Origin: Eledone cirrhosa
Lineage: Eukaryota
Assembly (NCBI GenBank): GCA_964016885.1
Contig: OZ024755.1
Coordinates: 35,402,001-35,466,000 of the forward strand
Direction of reading: 5' to 3'
Length of the DNA: 64,000 nucleotides
Part shown: one piece after another, positions 25,769 to 38,067 of the stretch
How positions within the stretch are numbered: position 1 is the first letter of the stretch
Layout: every line of letters starts with the position of its first letter
Position numbers and translations under genes: made by a program
Notes under the pieces: generated by a model
Seen by the model: the letters and a program-made list of their open reading frames with translations, nothing else
Database searches by the model: none
Told to the model about the DNA's origin: nothing

Positions 25769-26335
25769 ATCATCATTATCATCATTTTACGTCCACTTCT
25801 CCCTGCTTGCAAGGGTGAGATGGATCCTCTTCAGCATCTCTCCATTCGTCACGGTCCTTCATCATCTCCTTCATGACCTTCAGCAATCTGAGGTCAGCTC
25901 CCACCACCTCCGCCCATGTTTTTCATGGTCTACCTCTACTGCGTCTTCCTTCTACTGGGATTTCTTGGCACTTCTTTACCCAGCGGTCATCCTCCATACC
26001 ATCACATGTCCATACCATTGCAGTCTTCTCTCCCGCACACTACAACTTATCCTTCTTATACACAGTTTCTCTCTCAACTCATCTATGCTTGGTCGTTCAC
26101 GCACATTCACATTGCACATCCAACAGAGCATGCTTGCTTCATTTCTCTCCAGCCATCGCACATCCTCTGCAGTTGCTGCCCATGTTTTACTACCATGCAG
26201 CATCGCGCATCTCACACAGGCATCATATAACTGGCCTTTCGTTCATAGGGAGAAACCCTTCTTTGTCAACAGAGGAAGCAGCTCCCTAAACTTCTTCCAA
26301 CCCGTCCTTATTGTTTCATCCCCAATAGAAATCCT
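25769..26335 (-). mobile_element. RTE LINE 3' fragment
   Basis: MLHGSKTWA..LERNEASML..RRLQWYGHVM; (GAT)n-like tail. Confidence 0.85.
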
Positions 26336-26420
26336 CTCATTAAAATTATAAAAGCACCTCAAGTATAGGAACTGATTTGTCTCCCTTTATTGATATAATC
26401 AAATTATTGTCTTTACTCAC

Positions 26421-26473
26421 TTGACCATAAATCTTTCAAGTTTTTCTGGCCACAGCTGTGAAGCTGCTTTTAG
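26421..26473 (-). CDS. Candidate host-gene exon (53 bp, phase 0-2)
   Basis: TTCTATTCAAAG acceptor, GTGAGT donor, LKAASQLWPEKLERFMV. Confidence 0.3.
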
Positions 26474-26499
26474 CTTTGAATAGAATGGATCATCCACAT

Positions 26500-26917
26500 A
26501 CCACCACCATCACCACTACTTCCACCATCACCACTACTTCCACCATCACCACCACCATTAGCTCCATTTCCACCATCATCATCACCACTATCTCCACTTC
26601 CACCATCATCATCACCACCACTATCACCACTATCTCCACCACCACTATCACCATTAGCTCCATTTCCACCATCATCATCACTACAATCTCCACTTCCACC
26701 AGCACCACCATCATCATCATCATCACCATCACCACCATCCCATCACCACTGTCTCCACTTCCACTCCATACCATCAACCACTACCAACATCACCACCATC
26801 ACCACCACCACTACTATCACCACCACCAACATCACCACCACTATCACCACCACCACCATCACCACCACCACCAACACTACTATCTCCACCACCATCTCCA
26901 ACACTATCTCCACCTCC
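26500..26917. repeat. (CAC/CAT)n imperfect trinucleotide tract
   Basis: Visible in sequence. Confidence 0.9.
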
Positions 26918-27167
26918 ATGTGTCTTTAATTTTAATTAATTAAATCTTCAAAATAATTTTGGTTTCGTTTAACTCGTTAACTTTGGAATTTTCATTAAAT
27001 CTGAAATATGTGTATTTGTCACACATGCATAGACAAACGCTGTGTGCGTGTGTGTGTGCGCGTGCGCGTGTGCGTGTGTGTGTGTCACAGGTTCAATCGC
27101 AGGTAACCACAGTAAGTAAGGTACTCATTACAGCGTAGAGTATATACAATATTTGATATAGAAATGG

Positions 27168-27214
27168 CTTCTACAGGACTAGAACTGTTTCATTTGAAGG
27201 AAATCATCAGGAAA
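27168..27214 (-). ncRNA. Type I hammerhead ribozyme motif
   Basis: rc: TTTC-CTGATGA-tTTCcttcAAAt-GAAA-CAG[ttctagtc]CTG-TA-GAAG. Confidence 0.6.
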
Positions 27215-27403
27215 GTCAACTGGCATGGTGGTATGGTGGTATTTATACGTTTTCTGGTGGTAGGGGGGGGGATGATTGGGTTAGGTGGAGGTCATTGGCC
27301 AAGGGATTTCAAGAACTGGGATTCTTTAAGAAAAGAAAATATATATATGTATATCTATTCAATGATATTAAATAAATGGAAACTATATTTATAAAACCAT
27401 ATT

Positions 27404-27464
27404 TATTCTATTATATATATTTCAAGGGTACCAAAGCTTTGGTACGCTTTCATCAGATAAAATA
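27404..27464 (-). ncRNA. Type I hammerhead ribozyme motif
   Basis: rc: TATTTTAT-CTGATGA-AAGcGTACCAAAgcTTTGGTACcCTT-GAAA-TATATA-TA-ATAGAATA. Confidence 0.8.
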
Positions 27465-27573
27465 CAAAGTTTGTTTTATAAATTTTGACATAACCAAGAA
27501 AAATACCTTAACGGTTTTCCTTGGATATATGTGTATATATGTATATATGTATGCGTATATATATATGTATGTG

Positions 27574-27606
<33 letters not shown>

Positions 27607-28034
27607 GGAATGTAGAAAAGTGACACACAAGTTGATATATATAGAAACAAATAATAAAAAGGAAAAAAATACAGTAGTAAATGCTGGAGAGATTTTTTCA
27701 GTATAATATCAAAACATTTATTTATAAAGTGGGGATTTCCGTATTTAATCGTGGTACCGGTTTCAGCATTATATGCTTTTTTCAACTGCGGAAGGGCAAA
27801 GTGCAGTTAAATTGCATACTTATATGAATAATAATAAAATGGAGAAGAAAAATTATAATAATAATACTATTTATAGTTATGTATATAGTATAAACAACTA
27901 TAAACAGGAAGGTCAGTAATTTCTTATTACCTTATTACCAGTAAGAGAAATAGCTCAATGTAAGAACATCAGTTGTTTTACAGAGCAGGAAAATAAATAA
28001 ATTATACAATTATCAAAGTTGTGTTCAAATCATT

Positions 28035-28088
28035 TAATAGCTGACAATCGTTTCTTCCAAACTCTCGTTTGGAGTCATCGGAGCATTA
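28035..28088 (-). ncRNA. Decayed hammerhead motif (U4C)
   Basis: rc: TAATGCT-CCGATGA-cTCCAAACgagaGTTTGGAa-GAAA-CGATTG-TC-AGCTATTA. Confidence 0.6.
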
Positions 28089-28233
28089 TCAATGTTTGTA
28101 CATATAATTAACCTCCTATTCAACTGAGCAATGATATAGATAAATATAAATTGATGTTGTTAGGAAAGGCATCCAACCAGTGTATCAATGCCAAAACGCT
28201 TATCAGCACAGCAACAAATAGGAACAACAAAAT

Positions 28234-31104
28234 ATGAAGACGTCGCATCTCAGAGTTGCAACACTTAATGTTGGCACTCTCAGGGGTAGATCTGCTGAAA
28301 TAGCGGAGATGTTGGAGAGAAGGCATGTGGATGTGTGCTGCGAGCAAGAGGTGAGATGGAGAGGTGCCTCTGCGAGACTAGTCGTAGGCAAACATCTTAT
28401 CTATAAGCTTTTCTGGGTAAGTAAGGATGATAGGTTAGGGGGAGTAGGCATTTTCCTGTGTGAAAGATGGATCAATAAGACAATAGAGGTAGTTCGAGTT
28501 AGTAATCGAATAATTAAGCTTAGATTAGATGTAGGCAGGAGGCTACTGACAATCATCTCTGCCTATGCTCCCCAAACAGGCCTAGGCAAAGATGAGAAAG
28601 ACTGCTTTTACGAGCAACTTTTACAAACAACCGCAATGACAGAGGACGGAGACATTGTTATGCTAGCAAGGGACTTCAATGGTCATGTTGGACAGCTCCA
28701 GCATGATTACACTGGGGTACATGGTGGGCACGGTTATGGCTCAAGAAATGAAGGAGTGAGACTTCTTGAATTTTGTGATGCAACACAAACTTCCAGAAAC
28801 CTGCCAATCACCTAATAACCTACAAATCTGGCGAGCACATAAGCCAGATTGACTTCTTACTAGTTAGGCAGCGGGACAGGCAGATAGTGTCTAATACCAA
28901 GGCATACCCTGGGGAAGAATGTACCCCACAGCATAGGTTAGTCGTTAGTGATATCTCAGTAAGCAAGAGATGGAATGAGACATACAGGAAGGTGTGGAGA
29001 AGAAAGGTCTGGAAGCTAAAAGACCTTTCACTAAAATACAAATTTAGGAAAGCCCTTCAAGATGTATATGACGAAAAAGAAGAGGATTTAGAGACGTATG
29101 ACATAGATAATAACTGGAATTTCTTACGTGACAACTTGCTGCAGGTTACTGATGAAACTTGTGGCTGGAGTAGAGCTCCAACCAGACAGAGAGTGACCTG
29201 GTGGTGGAACAGCACAGTAGATAAGGCCATTAGAGACAAAAGACTAGCATGGAAGGCTTGGAAAAAGGGTGGGAGTAGGGAAGAATATACAGCCGCTAAG
29301 AGAGAAGCTAGACGTCAGGTGTACTTAGCACGCAGGGAGGTTGAGAGTAGGAGGTTTGCAAATGTTCTGCGACAGGAAGATCAGAGGCGTGCGGTGTTCC
29401 ACATTGCAAGGCAGTGTGTCAATGCAAATCAGGATGTTGTTGGAGATAAATGTGTCCGGGATGATGCTGGTGTACTTAGTGTCATGAATGATCAGAAAAA
29501 GGAGGCCTGGAAATGTCATTATGAGAGACTGATGAATGTGGAGAACGAATGGGAGAGAGAGAGAAATTACCCTTAGTAGATTCGACAGAGGGACCAGCTA
29601 TTGAGATTGACGAATATAGGGTCCAAGAGGCGATTAAAAAAATGAAAAATGGTAAGGCTGCTGGACCATTGGGAATAGTTGCTGAGATGCTGAAGGCATC
29701 AGGGGACATAGGCACTAAACTGGTTGCACGCATCATCAATCAGGCTATATATGGTGGTGTCATACCCAAAGACTGGTACAGCAGTATTCTCATAAATTTC
29801 TACAAAGGGAAAGGGGATGCTCTGGAGAGGAGCAATTATAGGGGTATAAAACTGATGGATCAGGTTATGAAAGTGGCAAAAAGGATATTAGCACAACTAA
29901 TTAGAGAAAGGGTCAAACTAGATGAGATGCAGTTTGGTTTTGTGCCTGGGAAGAGTACAACAGATGCCCTCTTCTTGGTGAGACAATTTCAAGAGAGGTT
30001 CTTAGAGAAAAATAAGCCAATATACTTAGCCTTTGTTGACCTAGAGAAGGCCTTTGATAGGGTACCCCGATCTGTCATCTGGTGGTCCCTAAGGAAACTA
30101 GGTGTTGAGGAATGGCTTGTGAGCACAGTGCAAACTTTGTACAGAGGTACTCTCAGTAAAGTCAGGGTAGGAATGGAGTTTAGTGAGGAATTCCAGATAC
30201 AAGTAGGAGTACATCAAGGTTCGGTCCTCAGCCCGCTCTTGTTCATTATAGTCCTCCAAGCCATATCAGAGGAGTTTAAGACTGGCTGTCCATGGGAACT
30301 TCTCTATGCTGACAATCTGGTTCTTATAGCAGAATCAGTAGAGGAGCTAGAGAATAAGTTCTGGCTATGGAAACAGCAGTTGGAAGCAAGAGGACAGAGT
30401 GAACCTAGCTAAGACAAAAGTGTTGATGAGTAGAAAAGAGGACAAAACTCTGATTCCGTCAGGGAAATGGCCATGTTCGATATGCAGAAAAGGAACTGGC
30501 ATAAATTCTATAAAATGCACACAATACAGATCCTGGGTACACAAGAGATGTAGTGGGATAGCAGGCAAACTAACAGGTAGGGAGAAATATGTATGCAGTA
30601 GATGTACAGGGAAATTAGACAGTAGAAGTCGCATTGATAGACACATTTTTCAAATGCAGGAGGGTGCTATAGAAGTGGTGGATAGCTTCCGGTACCTAGG
30701 AGATCAGATTAGCATGGGAGGAGGGTGTCATGCTCCGTTGGATGTGCAGTGTAAATGTGCGTGAACGACTCAGCATGAATGTGTTGAGACAGAAACTGTG
30801 TCTGAGAGGGATAGAATGTAGTGTACGGAAGAGGAGACTGAGGTGGTATGGACATGTGATGCGCATGGCGGATGACCGATGGGTGAAGAAGTGCTAGGAA
30901 ATGCCAGTTGAAAGAAGACGTGGTAGAGGTAGACCACGAAAAACATGGGCGGAGGTGGTGAGAACAGACTTCAGATCATTGAAGCTCACGGCGGAGATGA
31001 CGAGGGACCGTGACGAGTGGAGAGATGCTGTGCTGAATAAGACCCGTCCCACCCTTGCGTGCAGGGAAGAGCGGACGTAAAATGATGATGATGATGATGA
31101 TGAT
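28234..31104 (+). mobile_element. RTE-clade LINE, near full length, frameshifted (APE endonuclease + RT + PHD finger)
   Basis: APE motifs ATLNVGTL, QEVRWRG, SAYAPQ, DFNGHVG; RT motifs QFGFVPGKSTTDA, FVDLEKAFDRVPR, GVHQGSVLSPLLF, YADN; frameshifts near 28800, 29560, 30395; internal deletion near 30729; (GAT)n tail. Confidence 0.95.
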
Positions 31105-31374
31105 GTGAGCAACAGTTTCGTATTTACAGGGTGTGACATATATTTTACGAGAATTGTACAATAATTGTACAAACATTCAAGTTCAAAGAAAAATTATTAG
31201 TTTTTACATAGATATTTAGAGAGGAAAGTTGATGTTTCTGTCCAAGGCTATCCTTTGTTTTCTGCTTTTTACTATTTGTTTACATATTTATAGTTAATTA
31301 ATGAAGCAAACAAAAGAGAGGAGGCAATTTTTACACACTTATATTTGGTTAACAATTAGAGGAAGTCGAAGAGG

Positions 31375-31410
31375 TTCCAACATTTCGGACAGAAGTCCTT
31401 CTTCAGGAAA
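31375..31410 (-). ncRNA. Minimal hammerhead motif (Penelope-type)
   Basis: rc: TTTC-CTGAAGA-aGGACttctGTCC-GAAA-TG-TT-GGAA (GAAACGTT with CpG decay). Confidence 0.6.
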
Positions 31411-32479
31411 GTTTGATAAAGGACAGAACAGATAGAAGTATGAGTAGTGTGAGAAGGTTAGGGAAGGAAGTGAAAAGAAAAAAAGTGGTGATGGAGGAGG
31501 TGGGTGAAAGGTCCAGCCTGAGGTGTCAGGGTGGAGGGTGTGGGAGCATGGGTGTGGATCGAAGGGAAGAAATATGTATACACACACACATATATAATTG
31601 TTTCTACTTTTTGCACAAGGCCAGCAATGACCCAGGACATTACTGGTACTTTATTTTATCGACCCCGTAAGGCCAAAAGACAAAGTTAACCTCGGTAGGA
31701 TTTGAACTCAGAAAGTAAAGGGCCAAAACACTATGCTGCAAAGCATTACGTCCGATGTTCTACCAATAATGCTAATCCACCACCCAATAATAAAAATGAT
31801 TTCTTTATTAACCACAAAGGGTTTACAAAAACTACACTAAGGACAGCACAGGGTGGTACATACAAAATGGTACAGAATGAGACAGGGTGATACAGAGGGA
31901 TACAGGACGGTACAGGGTGGTACAGGGTGGTACAAATATGGGTTTGTGTGTGTAAAAAAAAAAGAAAACAAAAAATGTAACAAAAAATGGAAACAAAGGA
32001 AAAATGCCCAGTAGGGAGCGGGGGGAGACCACCGAGGGTTATTCCACCTCCAATCTGGGAGAGGATAATAATAATGTTTCTACTTTTGGCACAAGGCCAG
32101 CAATTACCCCAGTGTATTACTGGTGCTTTATTTTATCAACCCCGTAAGGATGAAAGGCAAAGTTAACTCCAGCAGGATTTGAACTCAGACCGTAAAGGGC
32201 CATAACTCTATGCTGCAAAGTATAGTGTCCAACTCTCTACCGATACTGCCAATCCACTGCCCTAGATAGAATAATGTTTCTACGTTTGGCACAAGGCCAG
32301 CAATTATCCTAGTGTATTACTGGTACTTTATTTTATCGGTCCTGTAAGGATGAAAGGCAAAGTTAACCAGGCGGGATTTGAACTCAGAACGCAAAGGGTC
32401 ATAACTCCTATGCTGCAAAGCATGGTGTCAGACGCTCTACTGATACTGCCGCAAGACCCAAGGATCACTTGCAAATTGA

Positions 32480-33606
32480 ATAAACCTCAGCAAATAACTG
32501 GAATTTATTATATTATGTCTAACAGTAGAAAAGGTAAAATGTATCCCAGCAGAACTGAACAGGGCAGTTAGCCAACAGAAACATCAATATCACCAGGCTA
32601 AATAAAATATACATATACTACTGTAGTTATAAAGGAAAGTGGCTATTCCCTCAGATCTACTCAAATAGAAATATCAAAACACCAGTAAACATGGAAAATA
32701 AAATATAGAGAAAAACATAGACAATAAGAAAACACTTCTCTCCATAAACAAAATCAATAACAAAAGAATAGAATTGAGAAAAAGAAAAAAAAGACAAATA
32801 CTACAGAAATATAACATCAAAAAAATGTATCGAAAATAAAAGCATGCCTGAAACAAGAGATCCTCAGTAAATTGCAAAGAATCTGTCGATATGAAATGCG
32901 ACAATGATTCTTTGAATGAAACAAACAGTTCAACTGTAAACCAAAACGATTTTATCAAGAACTTGTTTAAAAATATAACCAAAATCAATGCGGTGCCAAC
33001 AGCAAGAAAAGTAGAACAATTTTGTTGAGGAGTATTGCAGAGCAAAGGAATCCCTATGGACAAGATTTGTTCAAAACAACAAATAACATCTGACCAATCT
33101 AAAGAGGTGATGAAAAGAATACAAGAATTATCACAGATTCCATAAGAAAAGAAAATAACTGGAAGGCATGAGAATATGAAACTAAATTTGTGGTTGTTTG
33201 ATGTGTTTGTAAGATGCTAGCAGCAATTACCCCAGTGCATTACTGGTACTTTATTTTATCGACCCCGTAAGGAAGAAAGGCAAAGTTAACCTCAGCGAGA
33301 TTTGAACTCAGTAAAGATCAATTGCATGTAGAGAACTACCACAAACACTATCCCTGTGGTAATAGGAGCATTAGGATTAAAACCAAAATCATCACCTGCA
33401 CCTTAGCGTCCTTCCCTGCAAGATCAGCAAATATGAGCTACAGAAGAGCAGGCTACTAGGAACAGCAGACATTCTCAGACGAGTTCTCTCTCTACAATGA
33501 AAACCGCTATTGCCAGGTTCAAGTTCTGAACCCAGCAATAGAGAAACAGAACTGAGCTACACAGAATAACAACAACAACAACAATAATAATAATAAATAA
33601 ATAAAA
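32480..33606 (+). mobile_element. R4/Dong-like RLE non-LTR retrotransposon remnant
   Basis: C-terminal TIPVVIGALG (33347) and LQKSRLLGTADILRRVLS* (33438-33500), then (AAC)n(AAT)n tail; upstream part heavily decayed and interrupted by a SINE. Confidence 0.7.
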
Positions 33607-33747
33607 TTATGGTAATGCAAATTTCATTGTTAAACAATTTGTTTTATCAAAGAAAGTTTGCTGTCATAAAATGGGTGTTGATGGATCAACAAAAGCTAAT
33701 TCTTTACAGTCTCTCTGGTATAATTACTCTAGATAAAATAAACTCAC

Positions 33748-33837
33748 CAGATTTTGTTAGCATGCAATTTGATGTCATCTTCCTTCCATTAAGATCTTTA
33801 TCAACAATTTGCTTTATCAGATTTTTCAGGAAGATAG
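33748..33837 (-). CDS. Candidate host-gene exon (90 bp, phase 1-1)
   Basis: TTTACAG acceptor, GTGAGT donor, open frame IFLKNLIKQIVDKDLNGRKMTSNCMLTKS; no homology recognised. Confidence 0.35.
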
Positions 33838-34564
33838 CTGTAAATCTTGTAGTTAACAATGTTGGTGGTGGTGGTGGTAGTGGTAGTGGTAGTGGTGGTA
33901 GTATTTGTCATCATTGTGACAGTGGTGATTGTGGCTGTTGTTTTTGATGTTAAGCTAGAGGTGGTGGGTGTTGCTTTTTTATGTTAAGCTGATATGTGTT
34001 ACACTGATGGTAATTAATGTATAGTTAGGGGGTATCAACTAAGGTAAGGATGAGATATAATATGTTATGTAGTGTGACGGTAGTGGAGACATCGACTCTC
34101 TTAATGTATGTGTGTATATATGCATGGGCATGTGTTTGTGTGTGTGTTTATATGCATGCATGGGCATGTGTGTGTTTATATGTACAAAGAAAAAATTCAA
34201 GAGAAAACAAAGAGATAGAGATAGTGGAGGATAGAGAAAAGCAGTTAATGGTAAAAATAACCAATTATTCAGACACTTAAGTTAGAGAAATGCAAACGTT
34301 ATAAAGTAAATATCTCTCCATCAATATTTTAATCTAAGTAGAGTAATGGTTTGAGTTTTGTGTTTGATGTCTCACCTTTTTGAAATCATCTTTTATTGGA
34401 GCTGATTTTGTATTTCATACTTCTAGCCTCTTTTTAATAACAATCTATAATCTACTGAGGTTTACTAACTAAATAAACTCCTGCCCAACTCTGCTACGAA
34501 TAATGTTGAACCTGCCAATTCTTATACAAGTTTATAATTATATTATATTTTTTATGAAACAAAC

Positions 34565-34855
34565 CACATTGTAAAGTGGTTATGTAGGTGTCACAGCAAA
34601 AAGCACTCAGCCCACACTGTAAACTGGTTATGTAGGTGTCATGACAAAAAGTACCCAGTCCACACTGTAAACTGGTTATGTAGGTGTCACAACAAAAAGC
34701 ACCCAGTCCACACTGTAAAGGGGTCATGTAGTTGTCATGACAAAAAGCACCTAGTCCACACTGTAAAGTGGTCATGTAGGTGTCACCACAAAAAGCACTC
34801 AGCATACACTGAAAATGTGGTTGGCATTAGGATGGGCATCCAGTCGTAGAAACTT
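34565..34855 (+). repeat. 48-bp tandem (5 units) from RTE 3'UTR
   Basis: CACACTGTAAA..ATGTAGGTGTCAC..AAAAAGCACCCAGTC at 34565, 34613, 34661, 34709, 34757, followed by the GGGCATCCAG motif. Confidence 0.8.
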
Positions 34856-35184
34856 AGTCAGAAACAGCACCTCTGTACATAGCTTGCAGTCCTCACAAGC
34901 CATTCCTGTACACCTAGTTTCCTTAGAGACCACCAGATGACAGATTAGGGTACTCTATCAAAGGCCTTGTTTCCTATGACTATGACACAAACATAAAACA
35001 AGTATATACATATTTAAGTGTGTGTGTATGTGTATATCTTTAGTGTAATGTGTTGTTCTCTCTTAGTGAATTTTTTGTGTTCTTTTTACATGTAGTATGT
35101 ATGTATCTATGTGTATATATGAGTGTGTGTATGTATGTGTGTATGTATGTCTATGTGTGTATATATGTAAGTATGTGTGTATGT

Positions 35185-36578
35185 TTGTCGCATGGTCGAC
35201 CCCATCAAGTTTACTTGGTGAGGAGGGTGATTTTGGACACCCTGCAGGACAAAAAACAAAACCTGACAAAAGGCGGAAGAACTTATAAGAGTCAACTGCC
35301 ATCCAAAAGTGTGTAAATATGTATATACACATGTACCGCGTGGTTAAACCACTGGGAGTGAAGGACCCCTAGCCTTTGTCAGGGCATTCTTCTAGGAGAA
35401 GGCAACTCAGGAAACTGGGATAACTCTGATATAAAACCTGCAGCTCAGTAGTTACCGATGATGTTGATCTTTTCTTCTTTTCGGGTTATAGCTACTGTCT
35501 CTCAGAGAGTGGGATTGGCTCAGTGCACAGTCTTTCCTCACTTTAAAAAATATCTTCACACACGATAGAATTAATTAATAATTATTAATAATGGTATATC
35601 GTGAATGGCCAAACTCGATAACGAGGGGGCAGCCATCATCATCATCATGTGTATATGTATGTATGTATGTATGTGTGAGTGTATTTATGAGTATGTATGT
35701 GTGTTTTTGTGTATGCATGCATGTACGCCTTGTATTTCATCCCGCAGGGTCTCCATATACCAAGCTTGGTGGGGTTGCTAGTTTAGTCGCCGCCGACCCG
35801 ACCATGAGACAAGTCGTACTGGGTTTCATGTTACCTGTAGCACTTGAGAGTGACCAGGTGAAGTGTGAAGGAACTCAGCAGAGTCAACGGCCATCCAAAT
35901 AGTACTTTTTTTCACCTGGAAGTGAAAGGGCCCCAGTTTCACCTGGAAGTGAAAGGGCCCCAGTTTCACCTGGAAGTGAAAGGGCCCCAGTTTCACCTGG
36001 AAGTGAAAGGGCCCCAGTTTCACTTGGAAGTGAAAGGCCCCCAGTTTCACCTGGAAGTGAAAGGCCCCCAGTTTCACCTGGAAGTGAAAGGCTCCCAGTT
36101 TCACCTGGAAGTGAAAGGCTCCCAGTTTCACCTGGAAGTGAAAGGCTCCCAGTTTCACCTGGAAGTGAAAGGGCCCCAGTTTCACCTGGAAGTGAAAGGG
36201 CCCCAGTTTCACCTGGAAGTGAAAGGGCCCCAGTTTCACTTGGAAGTGAAAGGCCCCCAGTTTCACCTGGAAGTGAAAGGCCCCCAGTTTCACCTGGAAG
36301 TGAAAGGCCCCCAGCTGTTGTCACAACACCTTTCTAGAAGAGGGAAACTCTGAAAAAAACCTGCAGCTTCGGAACCATCGAATGAAGTTGACCAGTTCTG
36401 CTTTTTGGGTAATTTTTTGATGCTCAGAGAGTGGGATTGGTTGAGTGCAAGGCCTTTCCCCACTTAAAAGACTTTCAAAGTACAGGCATTGCTTGTTCAG
36501 GATCTGTTATAGGTTCATAGCCTAAAAGTGCATCATTTTCTATAATACTGACCATCAGTATGTATGTATAAATGTATG

Positions 36579-36585
<7 letters not shown>
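35185..36585 (+). mobile_element. Composite non-autonomous RTE-related element with 24-bp array (35910-36314, about 17 units)
   Basis: Inverted homologue of 12602-13727; (TGTA)n tails near 35650 and 36560. Confidence 0.6.
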
Positions 36586-36619
<34 letters not shown>

Positions 36620-37322
36620 GTTATAAGGTTTGTGATTTAAAACTCTAATCCAGAGATTTGATTCTGAATTAGTTTTTTTCTATTTAATTACTAAACCTGT
36701 AGATATTGTTCTCTATACAGTAACGGTAAAATCACTTGTAATAATTCTTTACACACATCTCACTGTGTAACACACTTCTCTTTGTGTAATATATACTTGC
36801 ATTTGAGCTCAGAAGGAAATTCTCTATTCTTCTTTGAGCTAATACTATTATTATTATTACAGTGAACTGCTGAATACTCTTAATTCCGATCTTTGTATAT
36901 ATATATATATATGTATGTGTGCATGTATGTATGTATTTATCTATATATATATGTGTGTGTATGTATACATTTTAGATCATTGACTGGGCTAAAAAGTCAC
37001 ATTCGATTGCAAAACTGTTAATTGTTAATATATGTGTGTGTGTGTGTATGTGTGTGTATGTATACATGTATATATGTGTGTGTATGTGTGTTTCTTTTTC
37101 CGTGCAACAGCCATACTCGATAATGAGGGGGCAGCCATTATACTGCAATACTTATCACCGACAAGAATAATAAGAGAGGTTAATACATTACAATCAATGT
37201 CAAATTAATGCTACTTCAGATTTCACTGCGTGAGTTGAGCGGCCACAGTCAAACTTGAAGTAACATTAATTTACATCTATTGTACTAATATATATTTATA
37301 TATTGAACCTTATATTTATATA

Positions 37323-37355
37323 CTAGCAGAAGTACCCGGCGTTGCTCGGGTATTA
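37323..37355 (-). mobile_element. Helitron 3' end fragment
   Basis: rc CCCGAGCAACGCCGGG hairpin + TTCTGCTAG|T; same as 56730. Confidence 0.55.
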
Positions 37356-37365
37356 AATAGCAGTT

Positions 37366-38067
37366 ATGTAAAGGCTTTACCTCACATATCTCACATAACA
37401 TTTACATTACTCTATATATACTATTGTATGTTCATGGTAAAGGCTTTACCTCACATAATATCTCACATAACATTTACATTACTCTATATATACTATTGTA
37501 TTTTCACAGTAAAGGCTTTTACCTCACATAATATCTCACATAACATTTACATTACTCTATATATACTATTGTATTTTCACAGTAAAGGCTTTACCTCACA
37601 TAATATCTCATAACATTTACATTACTCTATATATACTATTGTATTTTCACAGTAAAGGCTTTACCTCACATAATATCTCACATAACATTTACATTACTCT
37701 ATATATACTATTGTATTTTCACAGTAAAGGCTTTTACCTCACATAATATCTCACATAACATTTACATTACTCTATATATACTATTGTATTTTCACAGTAA
37801 AGGCTTTACCTCACATAATATCTCATAACATTTACATTACTCTATATATACTATTGTATTTTCACAGTAAAGGCTTTACCTCACATAATATCTCACATAA
37901 CATTTACATTACTCTATATATACTATTGTATTTTCACAGTAAAGGCTTTTACCTCACATAATATCTCACATAACATTTACATTACTCTATATATACTATT
38001 GTATTTTCACAGTAAAGGCTTTACCTCACATAATATCTCACATAACATTTACATTACTCTATATATA
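37366..38067. repeat. About 72-bp tandem array (about 10 units) inside a minus-strand piggyBac-like MITE that resumes at 40084-40264
   Basis: Unit AAGGCTTTACCTCACATAATATCTCACATAACATTTACATTACTCTATATATACTATTGTATTTTCACAGTA; MITE end TGCTAAAGGG-TTAA at 40251-40264. Confidence 0.9.
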
